From Clostridia bacterium (GTDB taxonomy: Bacteria; Bacillota; Clostridia; Christensenellales; UBA1242): a stretch of DNA of 64,000 bases. Below the pieces are notes generated by a model. The model was not told the DNA's origin and searched no databases. It saw only the letters and a program-made list of their open reading frames with translations. The stretch lies in contig JAFVWN010000060.1 in assembly GCA_017501645.1 (NCBI GenBank), positions 91,063 to 155,062 of the forward strand, written 5' to 3'. A program made the translations under genes and the position numbers. Below, in pieces: positions 9,758 to 21,000 of the stretch; the first letter of the stretch is position 1, and every line of letters starts with the position of its first letter.

Positions 9758-9785
9758 TTGAAAATATTTATTATTTTGATAATAT
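9758..9785 (+). promoter_or_regulatory. Sigma-70-like promoter TTGAAA-16-TGaTAATAT, -10 ends 6 nt before ATG 9792 (leaderless candidate)
   Basis: The -35 is at 9758-9763 and the extended -10 TG at 9777-9778 with TAATAT at 9780-9785. There is no Shine-Dalgarno before 9792. Confidence 0.35.
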
Positions 9786-9791
9786 ATATGT

Positions 9792-10874
9792 ATGAAAAAA
9801 ATAATATCAATTTCATATATGTCATTTATGCTGGTCTTTGCTCCATTCTCTTTTGTTTTAGGAACGGCAAGTGTTATTAGATTAATTACAAATCGACCTA
9901 TATTTTATCACGCAATTATGATTACAAATAAAAGCTATGTAAATGATAATAAAGAACTTTTGAGTATTGTTTCAAAGGATGGTTTTACATACGCAAAAAT
10001 AAAACAAAATGCTTGTTTATATAAAACAAGTGATATCTCTAACCATTCTTTTAATAATGTATATTATATTTTGCCAGAATCTTACTTTGTTGTAATTCTT
10101 GACAAAATCAACTCTTTAATATATAAAGCTCAATACATAAATCAAGTTGGGTATATCTCTAGTGAAGATGTTGAAATTGTAGACTTTATTCCTACAGTTC
10201 AATTTTTAGAAAATATAACTTTTGATATACTTGAAAATGTAGGAACGCAACTAAGACACTTACCTACCGCATCAGCTAACGAAAATATAAAAGTATACTT
10301 GCCTGCTGGTACATCTAATATTACATATATCGCTTCAATCAATGGAGAAATCCCTACCGGTGGGTTTTCTGGTATTTGGTATTATTGTTTGTATAGTCCA
10401 AACAACGACCCCACTAGTGTTTATGATGGATATGTTTATAGTGAAAAGACTAGAAATTTATCTACAATTCCTCCCAATCTTGAAGGGGAAATATCTATTA
10501 ATACTAAAGATGATACATATGAAAATAAGGTTTCAATAAATAAGACAATAAAGAGCATTTTAATTATCTTCATTTGTTTGCCAATAATTTTAGTTTTTGT
10601 TTTGCTTGTCCTTCAAAATAAAAGAAATAAAAAGAAAACAGGTTCTACAACTGAAGATTTTTTAGATAAAAACTTTTTATCAAAGAATGAAAATGAAAGT
10701 AAAAATGATAATGAAAACATTACGCTTAAGAAAAATGGCAAATTTTGTAAAGTTGATGAATTAAGAGGTTGTTCATTATCGAGAAAAACAACAAAACATA
10801 AATTTGTAGATATTGATGAGCAATTACCGTCATTTCCGGCGTATGAGATTGTTGATGATGACGATTTGTTGTAA
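9792..10874 (+). CDS. Membrane protein with N-terminal signal/TM, two SH3b-like repeats and a TM helix plus an acidic C-terminal tail
   Basis: SH3b-like endings are present (...YKAQYINQVGYISSEDVEIV; ...GIWYYCLYSPNNDPTSVYDGYVYSE). The TM helix is SILIIFICLPIILVFVLLVL followed by KRNKKK. It lies on the opposite strand to the phage genes. Confidence 0.5.
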   Translation: MKKIISISYMSFMLVFAPFSFVLGTASVIRLITNRPIFYHAIMITNKSYVNDNKELLSIVSKDGFTYAKIKQNACLYKTSDISNHSFNNVYYILPESYFVVILDKINSLIYKAQYINQVGYISSEDVEIVDFIPTVQFLENITFDILENVGTQLRHLPTASANENIKVYLPAGTSNITYIASINGEIPTGGFSGIWYYCLYSPNNDPTSVYDGYVYSEKTRNLSTIPPNLEGEISINTKDDTYENKVSINKTIKSILIIFICLPIILVFVLLVLQNKRNKKKTGSTTEDFLDKNFLSKNENESKNDNENITLKKNGKFCKVDELRGCSLSRKTTKHKFVDIDEQLPSFPAYEIVDDDDLL

Positions 10875-11540
10875 CTATAAAAGTGATTTTAATTCTTTTT
10901 TTAATTTTTCATTAAAGATTTCTTCAAGCCAAGGCTCATTTCCAATCTGTGTTTTTATAAAGTAACTAGTCCAATTGTTTTTTAATGCGTTAGTTGCAAG
11001 CTTTTCAAGTGCTGAATTTATTCTCCTATAAATTGTTCTTGTTACAGACTTTGTTTCTTCTGCAATTTCTTCAGTTGTACATTTTTTTACATATTTCAAA
11101 ATTATTATTTTTCTATCTTTATCGATTAGAGAGTCTAGAAGTTTCTCAATCATTACATATAAATTTAGAAGCTTGTTTTTTCTTTCTCCCAAATCTATTA
11201 CCTTGTCAATACTTCTATATGTTGCAAGATATGAGTCTCCGTAAATATAAGATGTTGGTAGCGTTGATGCTCTATTTTCTATAATTTTGTCTATTGTGTG
11301 AATAATGTTCGGTAAATTTTTATAAGCTTCAAGAAGTGTTTTTATATACACAATCAAATTTGTTTTTCTTGCTTCTTCTAAGAGAAGCTTGTTTTCGTTT
11401 GTTGTAGAAAAATTGTCATATTTGATTATTTTGGTGTTGTTTTTGATATTTTTTTGTGTTATTTTGCGTTTTTTGTCACCATTACTAATTTTGTTTAATT
11501 TTAAATCCATTTCGTTTTGTTTGATTTTAACTGTCATCAT
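10875..11540 (-). CDS. Sigma-70 region-4-type HTH regulator (ArpU/RinA-like late activator or small sigma factor), 221 aa
   Basis: The C-terminal segment ...RKIIILKYVKKCTTEEIAEETKSVTRTIYRRINSALEKLA is a typical region-4 HTH. It has a GAGGGA RBS. It lies upstream of terL and is divergent from the giant gene. Confidence 0.55.
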   Translation of the reverse strand: MMTVKIKQNEMDLKLNKISNGDKKRKITQKNIKNNTKIIKYDNFSTTNENKLLLEEARKTNLIVYIKTLLEAYKNLPNIIHTIDKIIENRASTLPTSYIYGDSYLATYRSIDKVIDLGERKNKLLNLYVMIEKLLDSLIDKDRKIIILKYVKKCTTEEIAEETKSVTRTIYRRINSALEKLATNALKNNWTSYFIKTQIGNEPWLEEIFNEKLKKELKSLL

Positions 11541-11593
11541 TTATTCCCTCTCGTTTATTATTTAACCGTTCGCTTTTCGCCCCGTCTGTTTTG

Positions 11594-11634
11594 ATTGTAT
11601 TACAAAAAAATCAAATTTGAGCTCAAGTGTGACA
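11594..11634 (-). promoter_or_regulatory. Conserved 16-nt element (11619-11634) + -10-like TACAAT (11594-11599), copy 2
   Basis: This is an exact 16-nt match to 8076-8091, with the same 19-nt spacing to the -10-like hexamer. It lies about 80 nt upstream of the regulator start at 11540. Confidence 0.5.
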
Positions 11635-11673
11635 CTTTTTATAAAAAAAGTTTGAAAAATTTTTTAATCACAT

Positions 11674-11702
11674 TTCAAACATTTGTTTTACGAGGTTATA
11701 AT
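11674..11702 (+). promoter_or_regulatory. Candidate distal promoter of giant gene: TTCAAA-17-TATAAT
   Basis: Hexamers lie at 11674-11679 and 11697-11702, which would give a 5' UTR of about 180 nt. Confidence 0.35.
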
Positions 11703-11775
11703 ATACTATAAAAATAGACAGCACTCTGTCCACTTTTAAAAATTAAAAAAAATTTTTTTTATTGCTTAAATTCGT

Positions 11776-11804
11776 TTGGCATAAACGACATAATATGATA
11801 AAAT
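11776..11804 (+). promoter_or_regulatory. Candidate proximal promoter of giant gene: TTGGCA-17-TGaTAAAAT
   Basis: The -35 is at 11776-11781, the TG at 11796-11797 and the -10 at 11799-11804. The UTR would be about 80 nt, with a GGGAG RBS 8 nt before ATG 11890. Confidence 0.45.
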
Positions 11805-11889
11805 AAACTATAGTTATATTTAATATATATTAAATCGTTTGCTCAAACTAATAAAAAAGTTTGGCTTACGAAATTAGGGAGTTTATTTT

Positions 11890-12003
11890 ATGAGCCTTGT
11901 AAAATCCAAAAAAATAGCAAATAAAAAATCATCAAAGTCTTTAGCAAGATTTATTTTAATGCTACTTATTTCATTTGTAAGCATTTTAACTTTTTCTGCT
12001 TGT
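11890..12003 (+). other. Lipoprotein signal peptide with lipobox (..LTFSAC, Cys codon 12001-12003)
   Basis: Positively charged n-region, a 15-aa hydrophobic core, then F-S-A-C. Confidence 0.6.
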
Positions 12004-15000
12004 GATTGGACTAATGACCCAGATACACCTGAGTCTAATTTTGACAAAGATGGAAATCTAAGGATTCAAGCCCCTTATATTCATTTTAATCCCGAAACAA
12101 AAAGTGCCTATGACGACACTTCTATTATTGATGATGTTTCAGGAAGTTTCACTTGGGAACTTGCTTATTTTGTTAATGATGGAACTAAAGATGTAAATTA
12201 TGACCAAACTTACTATCTTGAAAACTATTATACGGACAGTAAGTATGAAAACATTTACAATTACTATGACCACAGTAACGGAATAAAACCAAAATACTTC
12301 TCTACTTCTGCTGATGCTGTAGAACATTTTGGAATATCAAATGTTGAAGGAAGCGGTTCTGGTTTTTACGCAATCGACCAAAGTGATCCTATAGGAACAA
12401 AGCTCATTAAAGTTTATACTCCTGCCGAAAAAATTATAAACGGTAACAAATCTATATCTTTCCCTAGTTTTGAAGTTGTTGTTGATGGTAAGTATTATAC
12501 ATTCAAAGTAACTTTACATCCTTACTACTTAGGCAAAAAGATTTATGAAGAAACTCCGTTTGTGGATAATAGTTTTGATTATGACAAGCGAGAGTTCAAA
12601 GAGATTGATGCTGAGGGTAACCCTGTTAAATCTTTATTCAGTTTTAGCTATAGAGTAGGAAAAGCTTCAACAGGCGCCGGCGATTTCCTCCCTTGCCCTG
12701 ATGGATTTATGACATACTATATTGATGAAGACAACAAGTTTATGATAAGGTTTAATCCTAGACTTGAAGAAGGTTCTACTAATAGATATATTAAGGTTAA
12801 GGCCTTAACAGAAACCGACAATGGAAGAACCAGCTCTCTTTATTCAAACACAGCTTCATATGAAGCTTATACTATGACTTTCTCTGCTTATAGTCCAAAC
12901 TCAACAAGTGTAGATTATGGCTCATTGATTTATGACGAAAGTGATTACTACTTCCACACTGTAAAAAAGGTTTATAACAACAGAACGAAAGAAAATGATA
13001 TTTCTTCAATGGTTGGTGTATTCCCTGAAGGAAGAAGAGTTATTGTTTCTCGACAAATCGAGTTTGCAGACGATTATGATTATGCCCTTCAATCTTGGAC
13101 AATGAATACTAAAGCTGAAAATTCAATATCAATTGCCAATGCTTTTCCATCTACAACTATTGAAGATTCTAAATTTAGTATGCTTGAATATGTTGCCACT
13201 GGTACAGTTGATGATTATTACAAAGATTTATTAAGAATAACAACAAGTGATTCTTGTATTCCAAACGCGAAAAAAACAGGCTCGGAAGCTTTTGCTGAAG
13301 TTGAAAACTTCTATAAAAGCACTGTCTGTACTCAATGTTCAGGAACTGGAATTGATGCATCAAGTGCTTCGTGTGAAAATTGTGGTGGAAAGGGATATGC
13401 TTATCCTAAAGCCCCAACATTTAATTACTATACTAAAGGTCAAATAACTGAATTAAACACTCCTAGTAAGTATGTAAAAGATACCATTTATAATATGTTT
13501 GATAACACAGATAAAATTGTTGCTGTAAGAAGCGACCTTGCAGTAGTATCACACAATAAAGTAAATGGATACAAATTCTATGCAAACTTTGCTAAAGTAA
13601 GAAATTTCTCTTTAAGTGGAACATTCTTTGCTGGAGACAATTTCTTTAACGGAGGAAACCAATATTTAACTGATGTTACAGTTTCTGTTTTTGATAAAAA
13701 AGGAAACAGATTATGTATTAGTAATGTTAATAGAACTTTCAATATTATTCAACTTAATGTAAATGAAGATAAAGATGGCAATGGAGAACCTGATGCAACA
13801 GGAGATAAATTATCTTCTGTTTATAGAGTTAATGACATTAGTTTTATTTTTGATGGTTCTTATTTTACCGTAACTGGACTAGAAATTGGAGACTACTTGA
13901 TGTTTGAAAAAGTTGGTGCTCCCCTACTTGATGACCCAATTTTTGATGACGCAACCAATTTACCTTATGGGTTCCACTCTACTCAAATGGTGAGACTAGA
14001 TATTGCTTCTATTGGTATAAACACTAAAGTCCTTTGTGTAAAAGAAACTGATGATCTTTATACTGATAGACAAGATATAGGAATTATTGGTACTCAATAT
14101 GCTGAAGAAAGTAGCTTGATGGTTAACCTCTATCAAGTTGATGACCTAACTGGTGAAAAAACAGAAGTTGAAGGAGGCATTAAGCTACTAAGCGAAGGCA
14201 ATGTTTCTTATGAAGTTATTAAAAGCGTAAGTTCATATGAAGATAAGTATGGCTACATAACAACTAATATTATTATATCTATATTGCTACCATCAAATGC
14301 GACTTTGGTTGGTTATAATGCTGAAACAGTAAATGATAATCAAGCCGTATATTACTCTTTAGGCAATAAAAATAACGAACCAACATTTATCTTGAAGAGA
14401 ACTTATGATAAGTTAAAACAAGAATATTCAATGAATTTTGAAAAAGATTTATATTCATTCTACACAGTCCCTGTAAATGAAACCGAAGTAACTACAGTAA
14501 CAGCGGGTACATTCGTGTTATATAATGGAGATACTTATTCTTACTCACACAATACAACAAGCGACCTTCCATCAGGTCTTACAACTACCTCATTCTATAA
14601 TAGATTGAATGAACCAAACGAAAATGAATATCAAGTACTTGCAAAAGTTGTTACCGGTTCTTCAACAAGATGGGAGTTAATAAAATACACTAAAGTAGAT
14701 GCATCAAGAATCACTGGAGATATGATGGAAGATGGAACTGGTGCTAGCCAAATTAAGTTCCCTGTGTTCTGTGTTGATGGTGATAGACTTTATCAATATG
14801 AAGGCAAAAACGAAATTGCCAGCGGTGAAGCAAACGAAGTAAGCACTGTAGTTGGTGTTTATAAAACAGAAATGGTTCAATCTACAGCTGATGGCACAAA
14901 TAATATTTATGCATATTATGATGTAAAACAAGCTCACGAAAAAGTTTACTATACATCCCCTATTGCAAAAGAACATTATGTCGAAAGTGACAAGCCCGGC

Positions 15001-18000
15001 GAAGAAGGTTTAATTACTGTTGATATTGCTTACTATTTTGCAGAAATTACAAACTTTGATTCTTTAAAATCAGCAGGCAAAATAATGCTTGGTAGTCAAA
15101 TATTGGCAGGTAGCACTACTCTAGCAAGGCAGTTTAGAGAAGTTCTTGGTGCAAAAATTGTTCAAAGTTGTTATTACTATATTGAACCAATTGGTGAAAC
15201 AATAAACGGTAAAGCACATCAACCAATTACAGTATTGGCAAAACAATACTTGCAAACCATACAAGGTGTTGGACAACAACAAGTTAACACAACCTATTAC
15301 TATAATGATGGTGGGCTTAAAGTTTTTGCCGGTAGTATAAATGGCGCAGATCTAATTGCTAATGATACCGTATTTGCTGCTTATAATATGAATGGCGCAG
15401 TAATTGATTTGGAAAAATATTCAAATATTTCACGAGGAGAAATGTTTGATGCTTCAGGTATTTTAAATTATGATGTTGGTTATAATGTAATACTTGGTGC
15501 ACATAATTATATGTCTTCTCATACAATTGTTGAAACTGATACTCTTGGACCAGAAAATCAAAAACCAGGTTTTATGTTTGTTGAAAATACAGAACAAACA
15601 ATTAATGGTTTAAAAATAAGATATGCATATACTTTATATGAATTAAATCCAGATGGAACAATCTCTTCTACGGCTTTATACTATAATGCAGATGAAGGAA
15701 ATTTTTATAGAATACTTGATACCTACCCTATTTCTTATCCTATTGTTATAGACGAAATTGAAACAATTGAAACAAAAACAATTTGTGAAGTTGAAGAAAA
15801 TACAGGATTTAAAATAGAAGTCAAAAATTCTAGTGGTAATTTACTTGATAGATTTAGAGTTACAAAGATTGCAGGAACATCTACTGTAAAAACTTATACT
15901 CAAGAAGAAAAAGTTGGTACTAGCGTTGTTACTAAAACTTATACAACATATGAAGCATTTTTAGTTCCATCATTCTATGTTACAAACCAAGATGGTAACA
16001 CAGAAACTCAAATATATAATATGGTAAGTGATGGTTCTACTCAATCAGTCCCTTGTACCTTTGCAGTATCTTCAAATCCTGTGTTCAAATATACAGGAAC
16101 TTTAGCTAGTGGTGCTTCTGTTTCATTGATTCCTGAAATCACAACAACTTCTGTTGCTTCAAATGAAACAGCTCTTGTAAGAACTGCTCAAATTGCAAAC
16201 ACAAACACTCAAGTTACAATGCTTGGTAAATATATTCAAACTGGCGATTCAAGTGAACCAATAGTTTACCCATCATTCTCTAATCTTAATAAATGGTCAT
16301 TAGATGAAGCATTCATTTTAAAAGGTAATGGCTCAACCCAAGCAGATATGTTTGACCATTACTATGAACTTGATTATACTAGCAAAAAACTTGTTATTGA
16401 AGGCTTCCCTGGTGTTCGATTGCTTGCGGGTGCTCCATACCCTAACCCTGTAATTTATTTGTCAGTGAGACATAAAAAGACAGAAGATGCAGTTGTTAAC
16501 CTTAGCTTTGATATTAAAAATGCATACTTTGTTGAAATTATGGGTACTCAAATAAAAACAGAGGACTCAAACTTAATAAGAGACTTTACAACCTATGCAT
16601 TTAAAGACACAGTAACAAACTTATCTCTTAATGATTATATTGATAAATCTTATTGGATTTTAGATGCTGTAACATTGAAACCTGTTATTCCTTATATATA
16701 TAAGGATGGAAAATATCAACCAAAACTTGTTGATGAAGATGATAATCCAATTGAATTATCTATTCAAGATGTTGGTCTAAATGAAGATTCAGTAGAACTC
16801 TTCTATTCTGATACAATATCAGCAACTGGCATATATAAAGAAAAAATTTATATGCAGTATGTAAAGAACGATGGAAGTATTGGCTATAAAACTATTAACT
16901 ATGAAGAAGATGTAATTTTGTGGCGTACTGATGCAACAATGGTTGAAAGAGTTCCTATGTATGATATCCACTCTTATACTCAAGGAAAAGACGGAATTAT
17001 ATATTTTGACTCTGGTACTGATACTGACGATAATGTTCTATGTATTGGTCTTGAAGGTATTTCTTCAGGTGCAACTCAACAAGAAGATTCAATGTTTAAC
17101 TATGATAAAGTTCTTGTAAGTGGTGTTACTAGTGCGTATAGAACTAAAACAACCGAACTTAATATTTCGGATTCTATGTATTATGGTTACTGGTTCGATA
17201 AAGGCTTGAATGTAATGAATGCTTATGATAGTAATGATGCGTACTTCTTAAGCGGAAAAGAATCAGTGGTAATTATGGCAAGTCCAACCGTTCAAGTAAA
17301 TGCAGAGAATGGAGACAACTATATATATAGATTTAAAGAGTGGCAAATTTACTCACGATACAACAGTGAAGTTATGTACTACAATAGAGGTTTAACAGAG
17401 AACCTTATTGATAGAGAAAATGCTATTTTAAGATTTTCATCAAATGAAGCTGGCTATTTTGTAATATTACCAGTTTATCAAAGAGTTTATAAGATTGATT
17501 TAGGTACTGCTGTTATTGATGGTGCTATTAACCAAGGTGGAGATATAAGCGTTCTTTATAGCGGTGGTGCAGATGTTGATGTAGAAAATGCAACTAAAGA
17601 AGAGTTATATTTGATTGAATATTTCAAAACCGAATTTAACAATCAAGAGGGCTACTACTACTCTAATATTCTAGGTGCTCCTTACTTATGGTTTACAGGA
17701 GAACTTGATAGAGATACATCAATGCCAATCTTTGAGAAAAAAGAAAACATTTATGCTATAAGATACAACCAAACTTATAAGAGATTTTTATCTACCCATT
17801 CGACCGGTGATATTATTCTCTACTTTGAATTACTTATGAGTGGAGATTATGTTACAGGCGTTAAACCAGTGAGAGTGCTTTCAAATATTGCTGTTGGGTA
17901 CCCAGGCCTTGTTCCTATCGTTAACGACAACGGTCAATATCATATTTGTGGGACAGCATATATAGAAAGTTTTGATGAGTTTAGATTTAAAACAGGTACT

Positions 18001-21000
18001 GCCGTTGATGAAATAGGTCAAACTTATTCTACTAGTGAACCTATGAGATTGAAAGATCTTGTATGTCACACATTTACTGGTGAATTCTTCTATGATTCAA
18101 TATTAAGTGAAACAACTGATAATAGCGTTAGTATTGTTGTTCACTATGATGAAGATTCAAAAAGATTCAGTGGTTTAGACTTAACAACACTTAACTCAAG
18201 GGTTGAAAACGCATTAAAGGCAAGAGATAAATGGTTCTTTACCCCAGTAAAATCATTGCTTGAGTATGTTCTTTATTGGAATATGATTTATAATAGCCAC
18301 ATCTTCTCAGATGCTCAAGTGTTTGAAAAGATTGGTAAAAAGTATGACGGAAACTATCTTGATAATCCAGACTTAGAACAGTTAACATTTAGTTCATTTA
18401 ACTTAAATAATTCTTTAACAGAACCAATAGCAAGAAGTGTTACAAATTATCACACTGTAATGTTTAAGTATAGTGATGATATTATGGTTGGTGAAGACTT
18501 CTACAGAAGCACATACGCTTCTCTTGATGGAGGTGAACTTGCTTATGATGAAGAAGGAAACCTCTACTCTGCTATTCAATTTAAAACTGCTTATATAGAC
18601 AGAGACACAACTGTTAAACTTGTTGCTTCTTCTGGTCACGGCTATCGTGTCGAAGGTTGGTATCAATGTATTTATGATGAAGAAGCTGGTGTTTGGTATA
18701 CAACTGACGAAAAAGTTAAAAATAGTGACAATGTTTACGGTGATGAAATTTTACTTGCTGAATATAATGAAACATTAAAAACTTATTTCTATATAACTCA
18801 ATACTTTGAAGAGCGTGGTGTTGGTAAGATTTACTACTTTGACGAAGAAAAAACCGAAGAGGCTGAAGTTCCTCAAAGAATGCTTGACAAAGTAAGAGGC
18901 TATTTTGTAAATCAAGGCACTGAAACCAATCCAAATTGGATTCAGGTTTATAAAAAAGGTAATGGAGACGAAACTGCCTATTACTATGATAGACAATTCA
19001 GCAGGCTTGTTGATTTGCAAGTTTATAAAGTAGAAGAAAAAAGTTTCTATGAAGCAATAAGAAAAGTTGTTGATGGTGAAAACACTCATTACACATTAAA
19101 CAACATAACTATTTATAGAAAGACTGATGAAGAAGGAAATAATGAGCAATTCTTTAGAACAATGTCAACAGGAAATATTGTAGTTGACGGCAATACACTC
19201 ATTATTAATAAACTTCATAGCAACTTAAGGTATGTAGCTAAATTTATTGAAGTTTATACAGAATACATCTTCGCAGAGCCTCCAGAGGCTTCAGGAATTG
19301 AGGTTAAGGCTGTATACTATACAACTACAGACAATGAAAAAGTTGAACGAGATGGCGAGTTTACAATTATAAGAACAGACTTAGAAGGGCATAATTTAAC
19401 TGGCGAATATCACGCAGACTTCAATGCTCACGGAATTGATGAATCAGTTACTGGCCTTGATGAAAACTTCTTCAATCTTTATGAACAAGAAGAAGCTAAA
19501 ACAGCAGTTGCAAAAGCTGGAAAAACTGGAAACTTAACACCTCAAATTATGAGAACAACCGTAACTAATCCAAATACGGGTAAAACATTTACAAAGTACA
19601 CTGCGGATAGTTACACAAATTACTCAAAACTTCTAAGCGGAGACTTTGGAAGTGATAATAAGGCTTATCTTGTTAACGCAGAAAAAGATGAACTTCTAAA
19701 AGGCGAATTAACGCTTAGAAATATGTATTTTGATGTTCACACAGATGTATATATTGTTGTTGGCGTAAAATCAGATGCCGAATTAACTGTTCACTCACTT
19801 GGCTTCTCCCCTTCTTATAATATTGAACCAATCATTGAACCAAGCGAGGAATTTATTAATCACAACCAATCAGCTGACGCTGACGAAAAATATGATTATT
19901 TGTATTATATGTTCAAAATATCATATGATAGAAATCCTCAAAACCCATTAGCGCCTTATGAAGTGCATTCAAAAAGATATACTTCTATCGCAAGTGATGT
20001 TCTTGCAGGTAACTACACAGAATTTTATCAAAATCACTTTGATATTTATGATAACTTTGGTAATCGTATTAATTATCAGTCAATTGCAAATACAGAAAAC
20101 AATACTGGAAGAAAAGTTAGATTATCTTCATATTTACAAACTTTAAGAAATAAAAAAATCATTTCAAATGAAATTTATGCAAAGTATAGTTCGGAGATAT
20201 TTGATAATGTACGAGATTGTTTAGAGGCTGTAAGTAGAGAAGCAAAAAATCCGGGACTTCTATATGTTGATTACGCTATTGCTAAAAATGGCGAAGTTGA
20301 TGAAGAAGGTAATGCTATTATTTTAAGATCTGCGGATGACATCTTTAGGGCTGTTAGAGATATAAAAGTCAAAGACCCAGATGACCCAGATAAAATGATT
20401 TATTATTTCAAGACACCAAGATTAATAAGAACTGGCTCACAAAATACTGTTAACTTGTCATCTATTCCTATTTATAGTTATACAATTCAAGCTGTTACAG
20501 TAGATGATTATACTTATGATAAATCTGGAAATCTTGTATTTACAGAACCTGAAGAAGTTGAAGTACCTAAAGACTTAGAAGAAGGCGAAGAAGTGCCAGA
20601 CCCAGAAGAACCAAGACTTATTTTAAACAATAGTAAAAAACATTTCTTGAAAAACACAATTTACACTGCTGCCGGAACTAATAAGTATACTTATCTTGGC
20701 TACGGAGATTTGTTTGAGCTCCCTACTCCACTTATTTATGTTGATGATAAATATAGTGAAAATGTAGAACTTCACTTTAAGGATAGTTATATTAATCTTG
20801 AATATGGTGAGGAAAATGAAGATAAGACAATACTTGCAGACCTTCCAATTGCAGCCAACACAATTATGTTGCTCGAAGGTGCAGATATGGCACAAGAAGG
20901 TTATGCTTTTGTTGGTTGGTTTGAGCAAAAGTATAATAAGAAAAGCAATGTTTGTCTTTATAAAGACCAATACAACTGTACTTGTTCCCCAGATGTAGAG

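Larger units (their letters stand above)
1..11540 (-). mobile_element. Phage-derived region (DNA packaging + head morphogenesis module with late-regulator-like gene); continues past left edge, right boundary uncertain
   Basis: Contiguous minus-strand TerL, portal, scaffold, HK97/P22-like coat and further structural-size ORFs with coupled stop/start codons. No integrase, lysis, tail-tube or tape-measure gene is recognisable inside the window. Confidence 0.55.

Noticed and set aside
9601-9791. Phased A-tracts (9611, 9621, 9632, 9641...) suggesting intrinsically bent DNA between terL and the divergent gene.
   Set aside because: Only four tracts are in phase. The region is about 85% AT, so such runs are expected, and part of it may still be terL coding if the TTG 9622 start is used.
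11725-11750. Small hairpin GACAG-cact-CTGTC plus CACTTTT in the giant-gene leader, considered as an attenuator between the two candidate promoters.
   Set aside because: The stem is only 5 bp and the U-run is interrupted. That is too weak to call without transcript data.
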